From assembly GCA_016191875.1 (NCBI GenBank), contig JACPVG010000016.1, forward strand, positions 42,444 to 106,443: DNA of 64,000 nucleotides, given 5' to 3'. This DNA comes from Chloroflexota bacterium (GTDB lineage: Bacteria; Chloroflexota; Anaerolineae; Anaerolineales; UBA11579). The translations under genes and the position numbers were made by a program. This document shows positions 55,204-64,000 of the stretch, piece after piece. Below the pieces are notes generated by a model. The model saw only the letters and a list, made by a program, of their open reading frames with translations. It ran no database searches and had not been told where the DNA came from. Every line of letters begins with the position of its first letter. The stretch's first letter is position 1.

Positions 55204-57213
55204 ATGATAGCGAGAGCGTTGGAAGCCAAAGCCATCAATTGCCTGCGTTTCCTTTCTGCGGATGCCGTCCAGAATGCCAATTCAGGGCATCCTGGATTAC
55301 CGATGGGCGCTGCCGCGATCGCTTACACCATCTGGCTGCGACATCTCAGGCATAACCCCAAGGACCCTGCCTGGCTGAATCGCGACCGGTTCGTGCTGTC
55401 CGGCGGGCATGGCTCGATGCTGTTGTATTCCTTGCTGCATCTGAGCGGATATGATCTGGGATTGGACGAAATCAAGAATTTTCGCCAATGGGGCAGCCGG
55501 ACGCCGGGGCACCCAGAATACGGCCTTACCCCGGGGGTGGAAACTACCACCGGCCCGCTTGGGCAGGGGTTTGCCAATGGGGTGGGGATGGCCATCGCGG
55601 CGCAGAACCTTGCGGCGCGGTTCAACCGGCCAGGGTTTTCAATCATCCAGCACTGGATCTACGGCCTGGTCACAGACGGAGACCTGATGGAAGGGGTCGC
55701 GTCGGAAGCGGCCTCCCTGGCCGGGCACTTGCGGCTGGGCAATCTGATATACGTTTATGATGACAACCGAATTAGCATCGATGGGAGCACAGAGCTGACA
55801 TTCACCGAAGACCGCGCCCAGCGTTTCGCCGCCTATGGCTGGCACGTTCAGCAGATTGAGGACGGCAATGATGTCGAGAGCGTTGACAAGGCCCTAGAGA
55901 AGGCCAAACAAGACGAGCGGCCATCGTTGATCCTGGCAAGAACCGTAATCGGATTTGGACTGCCTACCCGTTCCGGAACTGCCAAGGCGCACGGGGAGCC
56001 GCCGGGCGAGGACGAACTCGAGGGCGCCAAACGCAAGCTGGGCTGGCCGCTGGAGCCGCGCTTCTACATCCCGGAGGATGTGGCGGTTCACTTTGGCGCG
56101 GCCGTCGAACGGGGAGGCGCGCACCAGCGCGAGTGGGAAGAATGCCTCGCTTCTTACCGTACCCACCACCCAGAACTTGCGAGTGACCTGGCGCGCGCTC
56201 TGACAGGACAACTGCCTGATGGGTGGGAGGACTCGCTGCCGGTCTTTGAACCCAGCCTGAAAGGAATGGCCACGCGGGTCAGTTCCGGGAAGGTCATCAA
56301 TACCCTCGCCAACCAGATTCTCGATCTGATCGGCGGCTCGGCGGACTTGCACCCTTCGACCAAGACCTGGATCGAGAGTTCGCCAGCCTTTGCCCGGGAC
56401 ACGCCCGAGGGTCGTAACATCCATTACGGCGTGCGCGAACATGCCATGGGTGCCATCGTTAATGGCATGGCCACCTATCCCGGCGTAATCCCGTTCGGAG
56501 CGACTTTTCTTGTATTTGCCGATTACATGCGGCCGGCGATACGGCTCTCGGCCTTATCGCATGTGCGCAGCATATGGGTTTTCACTCACGACAGCATCGG
56601 CCTCGGCGAAGACGGTCCGACCCATCAGCCTGTGGAGCACTTCGCGGCGCTGCGGAGCATCCCCAACCTGGTCGTGGTGCGCCCATGCGATGCCAATGAA
56701 ACGGCGGAAGCCTGGCGGGTGGCGCTTCTGCGAAGGGATGGGCCGACGGCGTTATTGTTCACCCGGCAGGATGTGCCGACTCTGGATCGCGAGGAGTATG
56801 CAAGCGCCCGTGGTCTGGCCAAAGGCGCCTACATCCTCGCAGATATTGGTGGACGGGCCCCTGAGATCCTCTTGATGGCTACCGGCTCTGAAGTTCCCCT
56901 CATTGTGGAAGCTGGCCAGCGGTTGGCGGAGGCCGGCCACGGAGTCCGCCTGGTGAGTTTTCCGAGTTGGGAGTTGTTCGAGATGCAATCTCAGGAATAC
57001 AGGAACGACGTGCTACCGCCCAGCCTGACCAGGCGAATCGCGGTGGAGGCCGGGGTATCCCAGGGCTGGGATCGCTGGGTTGGTCCAGACGGTGCATTGC
57101 TGACTCTGGACCGCTTTGGCGCGTCTGCCCCGGCGAATGACCTGTTTAAGAACCTGGGGTTTACGGCGGAGCGAGTCGTCAAAATGGCGCTGGAACTGTT
57201 GGAAACACGATGA
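55204..57213 (+). CDS. tkt: Transketolase
   Basis: [27 protein letters not shown]...[19 protein letters not shown]...[12 protein letters not shown]. Confidence 0.97.
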   Translation: MIARALEAKAINCLRFLSADAVQNANSGHPGLPMGAAAIAYTIWLRHLRHNPKDPAWLNRDRFVLSGGHGSMLLYSLLHLSGYDLGLDEIKNFRQWGSRTPGHPEYGLTPGVETTTGPLGQGFANGVGMAIAAQNLAARFNRPGFSIIQHWIYGLVTDGDLMEGVASEAASLAGHLRLGNLIYVYDDNRISIDGSTELTFTEDRAQRFAAYGWHVQQIEDGNDVESVDKALEKAKQDERPSLILARTVIGFGLPTRSGTAKAHGEPPGEDELEGAKRKLGWPLEPRFYIPEDVAVHFGAAVERGGAHQREWEECLASYRTHHPELASDLARALTGQLPDGWEDSLPVFEPSLKGMATRVSSGKVINTLANQILDLIGGSADLHPSTKTWIESSPAFARDTPEGRNIHYGVREHAMGAIVNGMATYPGVIPFGATFLVFADYMRPAIRLSALSHVRSIWVFTHDSIGLGEDGPTHQPVEHFAALRSIPNLVVVRPCDANETAEAWRVALLRRDGPTALLFTRQDVPTLDREEYASARGLAKGAYILADIGGRAPEILLMATGSEVPLIVEAGQRLAEAGHGVRLVSFPSWELFEMQSQEYRNDVLPPSLTRRIAVEAGVSQGWDRWVGPDGALLTLDRFGASAPANDLFKNLGFTAERVVKMALELLETR

Positions 57214-58100
57214 AATCTTCGCAGCCCGAAGCCAGGGGCATTGTCGTCTTCGGTGATAACCTGCCCATTCTGGAGAGCCTGCCTGACAACACGTTCGACC
57301 TGATCTATATTGACCCGCCATTCAATACGGGCAAAGTGCAGGAGCGGCGGCAACTGCGCACAACCCGCAGCCAGGACGGAGACCGGATAGGATTTCAGGG
57401 ACGCCGCTACCGCACGGAACAGCTTGGGAAACAGGCATTCCCTGATGCTTACGGCGACTATCTGTCTTTCCTAGAGCCCCGGCTGATCCAGGCCCGGCGC
57501 GTGCTTTCACAGCGGGGCAGCCTCTATTTGCATCTGGATTACCGCGAGGTGCACGCCTGCAAGTTGCTCATGGATGAAATCTTCGGCAAACAGAACTTCC
57601 TTAACGAGATCATCTGGGCCTACGATTATGGCGGACGCTCTAAGAAGAAATGGCCGGCGAAACATGACAACATTCTGCTCTATGTCAAAGATGTTGAGAA
57701 CTACGTTTTCAATTATGATGAAATCGAGCGTATCCCCTACATGGCACCCAACCTGGTGGGCGAAGAAAAAGCCGCCCGTGGAAAGACGCCGACAGATACT
57801 TGGTGGCACACAATCGTAAGCCCGACCGGCAAGGAGAAGACCGGGTATCCGACTCAAAAACCCCTGGGAATCCTCAGGCGTGTCATCCAGGCATCTTCAC
57901 TTCCAAACAGCTGGGTGCTGGATTTCTTTGCCGGCAGCGGCACCACCGGCGTGGCCGCGCTGGAACTCGGCCGAAACGCGTTTCTGGTAGACTCTAACCC
58001 CCAGGCTATCGATGTGATACGAACCCGCCTTGCCCACGCCGCCCGTTTCATGCCCGAGGCCGAGTGGCTGAAATCGGAAAGGAAGTTGGATGATGAATAA
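57210..58100 (+). CDS. Beta-class N6-adenine/N4-cytosine DNA methyltransferase (N6_N4_Mtase family), orphan
   Basis: Motif [12 protein letters not shown] precedes motif [14 protein letters not shown] (beta order). FLNEIIWAY and YPTQKP boxes present. ATGA overlap with tkt and 11-nt overlap with tal. Confidence 0.88.
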   Translation: MKSSQPEARGIVVFGDNLPILESLPDNTFDLIYIDPPFNTGKVQERRQLRTTRSQDGDRIGFQGRRYRTEQLGKQAFPDAYGDYLSFLEPRLIQARRVLSQRGSLYLHLDYREVHACKLLMDEIFGKQNFLNEIIWAYDYGGRSKKKWPAKHDNILLYVKDVENYVFNYDEIERIPYMAPNLVGEEKAARGKTPTDTWWHTIVSPTGKEKTGYPTQKPLGILRRVIQASSLPNSWVLDFFAGSGTTGVAALELGRNAFLVDSNPQAIDVIRTRLAHAARFMPEAEWLKSERKLDDE

Positions 58101-59205
58101 CTCGCAGCGCCTGTTTGAGTTGGGGCAATCCTTGTGGTATGACAATATCCAGCGCGGCTTGCTGAAGAATGGCAGGATGCATGTTCTGGTCGCCGAGAAG
58201 ATCATCTATGGGGTGACCTCTAACCCGAGCATCTTCAATGCCGCCATTGGGAAAACCACCGACTATGATTCCAGCCTCCAGGAGAAGGCCGAGAAAGGGC
58301 AGGAAGCCGCACAGATCTTTGAAGAACTGGCCGTCGAGGATATCCAAGAAGCTTGCGAACTCTTCGGCGAGGTGTACGCGAAGACCGGAGGCGGAGATGG
58401 TTTTGTGAGCCTTGAGGTGAATCCAGATCTGGCGCACGATACGGAACAGACCTGCGCAGAAGCTCAACGCTTATGGGAGAAAGTGAATCGACCCAACCTG
58501 ATGGTCAAGATTCCGGCCACGGCTGAAGGAGTGCCAGCCATCCGGCGGTCAATTGCCAAGGGCATCAATATCAATATCACCCTCATCTTTTCCCGCCAAC
58601 GTTATCAAGATGTGATCGCGGCTTATCTGGGCGGTCTTCAAGATCGCCTGAATTTGGGGGAAGCGGTTGATGGCGTCGCATCGGTGGCATCGTTTTTTGT
58701 CTCGCGCATCGATAGCGCGGCCGATGCGCTACTCCAGCCTCTGGCGCAATCGGGGAATCGACTGGCGGGCGAATTGGTTGGAAAAACAGCCATTGCGAAC
58801 GCCAAGTTGGCCTACCAGGATTTTAAAGCAGCGTTTGCCAGCCGCGAATTCATAGAGCTGCGGGCGCGTGGGGCAAGAGTCCAGCGACCACTATGGGCAT
58901 CGACGAGCACCAAGAATCCTTTGTTTCCAGATACACTCTATGTGGACAACCTGATCGGCCCGGAAACGGTGAACACGGTTCCGCCGGAGACGCTCGAGGC
59001 CTTCATTGAGCATGGCGCTGCTGAGTGTACGCTTGAAAAGAGACTGGACGAGGCTGAGGCCAGCCTGAAGGGTTTGGAATCTCTGGGTATCTCTCTGGAT
59101 GAAATCACCGACGGCCTTGAGAAGGACGGAGTGCACAAGTTCAGCCTCGCCTATAACGAGTTGATCGCCACGGTCGAGACCAGGCGCAAACAGGCGCTCA
59201 AGTAA
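58090..59205 (+). CDS. tal: Transaldolase (long form)
   Basis: LFELGQSLWYDNIQRGLL...GVTSNPSIF...VSLEV...MVKIPAT...NITLIFS. Confidence 0.93.
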   Translation: MMNNSQRLFELGQSLWYDNIQRGLLKNGRMHVLVAEKIIYGVTSNPSIFNAAIGKTTDYDSSLQEKAEKGQEAAQIFEELAVEDIQEACELFGEVYAKTGGGDGFVSLEVNPDLAHDTEQTCAEAQRLWEKVNRPNLMVKIPATAEGVPAIRRSIAKGININITLIFSRQRYQDVIAAYLGGLQDRLNLGEAVDGVASVASFFVSRIDSAADALLQPLAQSGNRLAGELVGKTAIANAKLAYQDFKAAFASREFIELRARGARVQRPLWASTSTKNPLFPDTLYVDNLIGPETVNTVPPETLEAFIEHGAAECTLEKRLDEAEASLKGLESLGISLDEITDGLEKDGVHKFSLAYNELIATVETRRKQALK

Positions 59206-59266
59206 GTGCCTGACTGTTTTGTGGTACGTCGGACCCTGCACTAGCCCGTGATTATGATCAAAAACG

Positions 59267-59959
59267 ATGTCTGAATCGCAAGCCCCAGCAACCATTCAGC
59301 CCCGGCTTTTCAAACCCGAGAAAGCCGCGCGGCCGCAGACTCCCGATGACCTGCCGCGCGCCTGGTCACTGTTGGAGCGGTTGCTCAACGAGGAAGCCGA
59401 CGCGCGGCGGACCGCCCTAACCGAATTGGCGGAAAGCGGCCTGGTTAGCCAGTTTCCACTGGTCGCCTGGGCCATAGCTGCCCGTACCCTGGATTCGAAT
59501 GCTGATATCCGCGTCAAAGCGGTCCACCTGCTCGCCGCCGCGCTAGACCCGAGTGCGGAGAGAGTATCCCGCTATGAGGAAATCCGGCAGGCAGTGGCGC
59601 AATGGCTGAGAACTCTTGATGGAAAGGATCTTGCCAGGATGATCGGCGACCGGCCCAATGATCCTGAGACCCGGCATGCCTTGCGAACCATGTTTAATTT
59701 GAATTCAAGAGCAGGGGAACGGCTGGCCGCACTGGCGGCTGATCGGTCGCTGCCGCTTACGACTCGCAAGGAAGCAATCCATCACATCGGCGTCATCGGA
59801 TTTTCAGAGGCCAAGCCCGAACTGGAACGGCTTTCGGCAAAGTTGCAGGCGCGTGTGCGCGGGCAGAGGGGTATGCCATTTGCACCGATGGGGGATAGCA
59901 AAGAAGAGTCTCTGTTGCCGGAACTCAGCAAAACGTTGGCTTTGCTGGCCGGAGATTAG
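59267..59959 (+). CDS. Hypothetical HEAT/ARM-like repeat protein
   Basis: Helical repeat-like sequence (DSNADIRVKAVHLLAAAL..., TTRKEAIHHIGVIG). No strong family call. Confidence 0.55.
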   Translation: MSESQAPATIQPRLFKPEKAARPQTPDDLPRAWSLLERLLNEEADARRTALTELAESGLVSQFPLVAWAIAARTLDSNADIRVKAVHLLAAALDPSAERVSRYEEIRQAVAQWLRTLDGKDLARMIGDRPNDPETRHALRTMFNLNSRAGERLAALAADRSLPLTTRKEAIHHIGVIGFSEAKPELERLSAKLQARVRGQRGMPFAPMGDSKEESLLPELSKTLALLAGD

Positions 59960-59964
59960 CTCAG

Positions 59965-60711
59965 ATGGAGTTCGTCAGCCTGGAGCGGGTCACCCCTGCG
60001 GTGGGGCTGTTGCGCGTTGTCCGACCTCAGTCCAGAAATGCACTCAACTGGCAGGCGCAGAACGAATTTGTATCTGTGATTCGAGAAGCGTCTGAGGATC
60101 GTCAGATCAAGGTGTTGCTCATTACGGGCAGTGGACGCTCTTTTCTTTCCGGGGGTGATCTTATTGAGTTGAACGACTTCTCGCAGCGCGAAGACGGCCT
60201 GCGGCTCAGCACGATGATGGGCGATGGACTTGCTTACATGCGGGCGACGGGGTTGCTCAGCCTGGCCGTCATAAATGGCTATGCCCGCGGCGGCGGGGCG
60301 GAGGTGGCGTTATGGTGCAGCCAGCGGTGGATGGCTGCCGACGCGGACATCGCTTTTGTACACTCCAGACTGGGGCTGGCGCCGGGCTGGGGTGGGGGGA
60401 ACCAGTTGGCGGAGCTGGTGGGCGCAGGGCGGGCCGCAGACCTGCTGGCAAGCGCCAGGGTGGTTTCTGCGGATGAGGCTGGCCGAATCGGGCTGGCGGA
60501 GCACGTGTTTGCCCAGGAAGAATTGCTGGACAGAGCGCTTGAATATGCCGAAGGATGGGCGAACGCTACCGTAGGCGAGCGCCGTTTGCCGGCGGGAGGG
60601 TCACAGCCAGACGCTCGTATGCGACGGAAGCAATTGAAGGAGCGGGTGGAATTTCTGCGGCTCTGGGATCGGGAAGAGCGCAGGGAGAAGTTCAGGCAGT
60701 TCGCTGAATGA
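59965..60711 (+). CDS. Enoyl-CoA hydratase/isomerase (crotonase) family protein
   Basis: LLRVVRPQSRNALN...LITGSGRSFLSGGDL...INGYARGGGAEVALWC. Confidence 0.88.
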   Translation: MEFVSLERVTPAVGLLRVVRPQSRNALNWQAQNEFVSVIREASEDRQIKVLLITGSGRSFLSGGDLIELNDFSQREDGLRLSTMMGDGLAYMRATGLLSLAVINGYARGGGAEVALWCSQRWMAADADIAFVHSRLGLAPGWGGGNQLAELVGAGRAADLLASARVVSADEAGRIGLAEHVFAQEELLDRALEYAEGWANATVGERRLPAGGSQPDARMRRKQLKERVEFLRLWDREERREKFRQFAE

Positions 60712-60722
60712 GTGTCCGGCGG

Positions 60723-61310
60723 CTATTGAACAGGCTGTCCGCAGTTTGGGCATTCGGCTTCGTCACCGGCAAGGACGAAACCACAATTCTCGCATGCAGT
60801 GGGCTGGGAATCCCCGAGCGGTGCGCCACAGGCCAAGCAGCGCGGGCTGCCTACAGGATTGCCAGTGGCGCAGTAAGCGCAGGCCGTGCGACGAAGTCGG
60901 GTGGAGATGTCGCGCGAGGCGCCGAATGCCCGCATCGTTTCTTCGATGGCCTGCCACACCTGTTCGTCGAGGTGAAGGTTTTCGATATCTTGGGCGATGT
61001 CATCCAACCGGCTCAACAGATTCAACGGGTTGCTTCTGACGGCCAGGAGTGTGGCGCCCAGGCTGGCGGCAATCCCCAGCCAGGCCTGCTTACCCAGGTG
61101 AACGACGATCCCATCTTCATGGTCTTGAATCGTGACGCCGAGCGCCGTAGTTCCGCCGGACTGCGAGTACTGGCGGCTGGCGATTTGTACGACTGTCTGG
61201 CCATCGATGCGAGTCTGTCGGGCTACAAGATTGCCGCGGTTAAAACGACCAAGCAGGACTTCAGACAGGTCGGATGATGAGATGTTACCGTGGTAGATTC
61301 GCGTTTCCAT
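60723..61310 (-). CDS. Hypothetical protein with a C-terminal double zinc-ribbon
   Basis: C-terminus CAYCATGNPVGSPRCLACGAPL...CENCGFVLAGDEAECPNCG (four CxxC). Start set to the ATG at 61310. Confidence 0.6.
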   Translation of the reverse strand: METRIYHGNISSSDLSEVLLGRFNRGNLVARQTRIDGQTVVQIASRQYSQSGGTTALGVTIQDHEDGIVVHLGKQAWLGIAASLGATLLAVRSNPLNLLSRLDDIAQDIENLHLDEQVWQAIEETMRAFGASRDISTRLRRTACAYCATGNPVGSPRCLACGAPLGDSQPTACENCGFVLAGDEAECPNCGQPVQ

Positions 61311-61345
61311 GATTGATTCGATTATAATCGACCCGCCCAAAAGCC

Positions 61346-61981
61346 ATGGTGTTACAGATGTCTATTCGAACAAAAACCATACTTTCCATGTTGTTGGCCT
61401 CAGCGCTGTTGGCCGTGGTGGGCGCGCCCGGCGTGTATGCCGGAGAACCAAGGCAGCAACCGACGGTCGCCATCCCCACGGTAACCGGCACGCCGCAAGG
61501 GCCGAGCGTGCGCGTCAACGCGGACCAGGCCCAAATCAATGTCCGCTCAGGACCAGGAACGGAGTATCCGATTGTGGGCGTGCTGGTGGCCGGGCAGATC
61601 GTGCCGGCGTTCGGGAAATCGGCCGCCGGTCTGTGGATTCAGATCGGTTATTCGGGTGTTCCGGAAGGAGTGGCCTGGGTGTATTCCCCGTTGGTGACTG
61701 TGTTGCGCGGATCGGAATTGCCGATCATTGAACCGCCGCCGACGCCAACGCCGCTGGTGACGCCAACGCTGGACCCGACACTGGCGGCGCAATTCGTGGC
61801 TGAGATCCCGGCCACTCGATTGCCGACGTTCACCGCGCCGCCGCCGCTGGCGATACCAACTTATGCCGCCGAAGAACCTCTGCTGACGGCAAATACATTT
61901 CCGGTCGGGCTGCTAATCAGCATTCTTGGAATCGTAGGGATGCTGGGTGCATTCTTTTCGGCGCTCGCTATTCGGAGATAG
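61346..61981 (+). CDS. Secreted/anchored SH3b-domain protein with a Pro/Thr linker and C-terminal TM
   Basis: Signal peptide ILSMLLASALLAVVGAPGVYA. SH3_3-like INVRSGPGTEYPIVGVLVAGQIVPAFGKSAAGLWIQI. C-terminal TM. Alternative ATG at 61358. Confidence 0.7.
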   Translation: MVLQMSIRTKTILSMLLASALLAVVGAPGVYAGEPRQQPTVAIPTVTGTPQGPSVRVNADQAQINVRSGPGTEYPIVGVLVAGQIVPAFGKSAAGLWIQIGYSGVPEGVAWVYSPLVTVLRGSELPIIEPPPTPTPLVTPTLDPTLAAQFVAEIPATRLPTFTAPPPLAIPTYAAEEPLLTANTFPVGLLISILGIVGMLGAFFSALAIRR

Positions 61982-61982
61982 A

Positions 61983-62010
61983 AAAGAGACCGGCAGAAGC
62001 CGGTCTCTTT
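61983..62010. terminator. Bidirectional rho-independent terminator
   Basis: AAAGAGACCGGC-AGAA-GCCGGTCTCTTT followed by ATT. Confidence 0.7.
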
Positions 62011-62030
62011 ATTCGTTAATCTGATGTCGG

Positions 62031-62417
62031 TTAGTGGCAGCTGCCGCCTTCACCGGCAGCCTGACCATCGGTCCTGAAGGAGCTGCCGCATCCGCAGCTG
62101 GATGTAGCGTTCGGGTTTTCGATCTTGAAGCCGCTCCCCATGACGTCTTCGACATAATCAATGTTAGCGCCGCGCAGGTAGTCGATGGAGACTTCATCGA
62201 CGACAACCTTTACGCCGAACTGCTCCAGAACGAGATCAGTCGGCCGCGGTTCGCCTTCCAGAGCCATGCCATACTGATACCCGGAGCAGCCGCCTCCGGA
62301 AATGAACACGCGCAAGGCGTGCCCGGGCAGATTGCGCTTTTCAAGCAGTTCACGGACCGCGTTCGCGGCGGCCTCTGTGAGTGAGATCTGGTTGACTTGC
62401 ACCTCAGCGAGAGCCAT
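62031..62417 (-). CDS. A-type Fe-S cluster carrier (IscA/ErpA/SufA family) with a short Cys-His tail
   Basis: ISLTEAAANAVRELL...LRVFISGGGCSGYQYGM...SCGCGSSF, then RTDGQAAGEGGSCH. Start trimmed to the ATG at 62417. Confidence 0.88.
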   Translation of the reverse strand: MALAEVQVNQISLTEAAANAVRELLEKRNLPGHALRVFISGGGCSGYQYGMALEGEPRPTDLVLEQFGVKVVVDEVSIDYLRGANIDYVEDVMGSGFKIENPNATSSCGCGSSFRTDGQAAGEGGSCH

Positions 62418-62529
62418 GATGTATCCTTTCCCGTTGAACTTCAACGGATAATCTGTACCTATTTTATCAAATTGAATCGGAGGCGTCAAACCCAATCCGA
62501 GCGAGGTCCGGCGTTCGGTGAAGGCCGAA

Positions 62530-64000
62530 TCAGAACTCGCTCAATCTGAAAGCGCCGTCTAAGAGCAACCCTCGGATGGTCTCGATCTCGGGCCCCCAGA
62601 GACTATCCGGACCGCGATAGGGCACTGCCTGCCGCAGGCGGCCCAGGGCGGATTGTACGCCGCGTCCGGGTATGGCTTCGGGCTGCTCGCGCGAGCGGGT
62701 TTCGAGGGCGCGCGCCGCGCAAATAAGTTCAACGGCCAGGACATGGGCGCAGTTCTGGGCCACCTGGTAAGCCGTTCGTGCGGCAGTCATGGCGTTGGCG
62801 TTGTGGTCTTCCTTCCCAGCAGAAGTCGGAAGGGATTGGACTGAGTTCGGAAAGGCCAGCGCCTGGTTTTCCAGCACCAGCGCGGCGGCGGTGTATTGAG
62901 GCATCATCATGCCGCTGTTCAACCCGGCGTCATGCAGACTGTCCACGAGCATGGGCGGGAGGCCGGCGTTTGTCTTTGGATCTGTCAGATGGTAGATGCG
63001 TCTTTCGGAAATAGCAGCCAGCTCTGCCAGGGCGAGCTTTGCGTAATCCATCACCATGCCGACCGGTTCGCCATGGAAATTGCCGCCTGAGATGGCTTCG
63101 CTCTCACTAAACAGAATTGGATTATCGGTAACGGCATTAATCTCGTTTTCGATGACCTCGCGGGCATGTGCAATCGCATGCCGGGCAGCGCCCTGAACTT
63201 GCGGCGCGCAACGCAGTGAATAATTGTCCTGGACCCGACCGGCCTGGTCCAGCAAGGCGCTGCCTTGAGTCAGCCGCCGAACGCGCTCGGCGACTCGGAT
63301 CTGGCCGGCATGCTTCCGAAGCTCATGCAGGCGAGCGTCGAAAGCGGCTGAGGTCCCGAACAGCCCCTCAAGGGTCATGCTCAACGCTACGTCCGCGGTG
63401 TCAAGCAAGGTGTCGGCCAATGCCAGTGTCAGCCCTGCCAGGGCGGCCGAAAACGTCGCCCCGTTGGTAAGCGCCAGGCCTTCTTTGGCCTCCAGGATGA
63501 CGCGCCCTATCCCGGCTGCCTGCATGGCGGCGCTGCCGGTGAGCCGTTGTCCCTTCCAGACGGCCCAACCTGAGTCGGCTTCCGGGTTTTCGCTGTCTGC
63601 GGAAAGGACCAGGGCAACGTGCGCCAAGGGAGCGAGGTCGCCCGACGAGCCCAGCGATCCCTGCGCGGGGACTTCAGGGGTAACGCCGCGATTGAGCATT
63701 TCCAGGAGCGTAGCGAGCGTTTCAAGGCGGATACCGGAGTGGCCGCTGGCAAGGGTGTTGGCGCGGATGAGCATGGCAGCGCGCACCACTTCGGGGGGCA
63801 GGGCTGGCCCGGTTCCAACGGCATGGCTGAGAATCAGGTTGCGATTCAACTTGCGAATCTGATCAGGGGTAATGGTCTGGCTGGCAAAAATACCAAAGCC
63901 AGTATTGATTCCGTAGACCGTCTTGCCGGCTGAGACGATGCTGGCGACCCAGGCCTCGGAGTGCGCGACCTCGCGGGCGGCGGCGGGAGCGAGACTGATC
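62530..64000 (-). CDS. hutH: Histidine ammonia-lyase (aromatic amino-acid lyase family), N-terminus beyond window end
   Basis: ...VYGINTGFG...NLILSHAVG...GSLGSSGDLAPLAH (MIO region)...NANAM. The reading frame stays open from 63849 to the window edge. Confidence 0.9.
   Translation of the reverse strand, partial: ISLAPAAAREVAHSEAWVASIVSAGKTVYGINTGFGIFASQTITPDQIRKLNRNLILSHAVGTGPALPPEVVRAAMLIRANTLASGHSGIRLETLATLLEMLNRGVTPEVPAQGSLGSSGDLAPLAHVALVLSADSENPEADSGWAVWKGQRLTGSAAMQAAGIGRVILEAKEGLALTNGATFSAALAGLTLALADTLLDTADVALSMTLEGLFGTSAAFDARLHELRKHAGQIRVAERVRRLTQGSALLDQAGRVQDNYSLRCAPQVQGAARHAIAHAREVIENEINAVTDNPILFSESEAISGGNFHGEPVGMVMDYAKLALAELAAISERRIYHLTDPKTNAGLPPMLVDSLHDAGLNSGMMMPQYTAAALVLENQALAFPNSVQSLPTSAGKEDHNANAMTAARTAYQVAQNCAHVLAVELICAARALETRSREQPEAIPGRGVQSALGRLRQAVPYRGPDSLWGPEIETIRGLLLDGAFRLSEF

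Noticed and set aside
63640-63648. The histidine ammonia-lyase MIO-forming tripeptide reads Ser-Ser-Gly (TCG TCG GGC) instead of the usual Ala-Ser-Gly.
   Set aside because: MIO formation uses the backbone of residue 1 and the Ser-Gly pair, so a Ser at position 1 should be tolerated. This is likely a benign natural variant rather than a sign of new chemistry, and I cannot verify its frequency.

Overview
High-GC (about 60%), gene-dense chromosomal window. I call about 60 protein genes, 3 tRNAs, one tandem glycine riboswitch and a three-copy intergenic repeat. All calls come from reading the ORF-track proteins and the DNA by eye; no searches were run. Gene content and several N-termini feel Chloroflexota-like, but that is only an impression.

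Layout:
- ftsH-like 5' end, divergent from a ParA-like ATPase with a membrane partner.
- Minus-strand run efp, Cys-rich ORF, HAD::DinB, fabF, fabH.
- REC-PAS-HD-GYP and stand-alone REC genes.
- DUF192 and LysM-M23 peptidase.
- Two coupled hypotheticals, then tRNA-Arg.
- hsp20, lon, REC, PHP::AlbA_2, mogA.
- ACAD, acyl-CoA synthetase, panE-like, DUF3052, fmt.
- Glycine riboswitch driving gcvH-gcvPA-gcvPB, with no gcvT in the operon.
- TGS/uridine-kinase-like gene and FKBP.
- A 1042-aa SHMT::GcvT fusion.
- tRNA-Val, rpiR-like, FAH, tRNA-Pro.
- tetR plus a beta-oxidation operon.
- DUF59-sufR, divergent from sufC-B-D-x-S-U-Rieske.
- A transporter::HEAT::cNMP giant.
- tkt, orphan DNA methyltransferase, tal.
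- HEAT protein, enoyl-CoA hydratase, zinc-ribbon protein, SH3b protein, A-type Fe-S carrier, and hutH (truncated at the window end).

I found no CRISPR array, no transposase or integrase, and no recognisable defence island.

Most noteworthy observations:
1. A roughly 130-nt structured intergenic repeat in three copies.
2. An EF-P with Arg at the modification tip, co-transcribed with a Cys-rich protein and a HAD::DinB fusion.
3. The SHMT::GcvT fusion, which complements a riboswitch-controlled gcv operon lacking gcvT.
4. An orphan beta-class methyltransferase translationally coupled between tkt and tal.
5. Several unusual domain fusions.

None of these can be proven novel without database searches.
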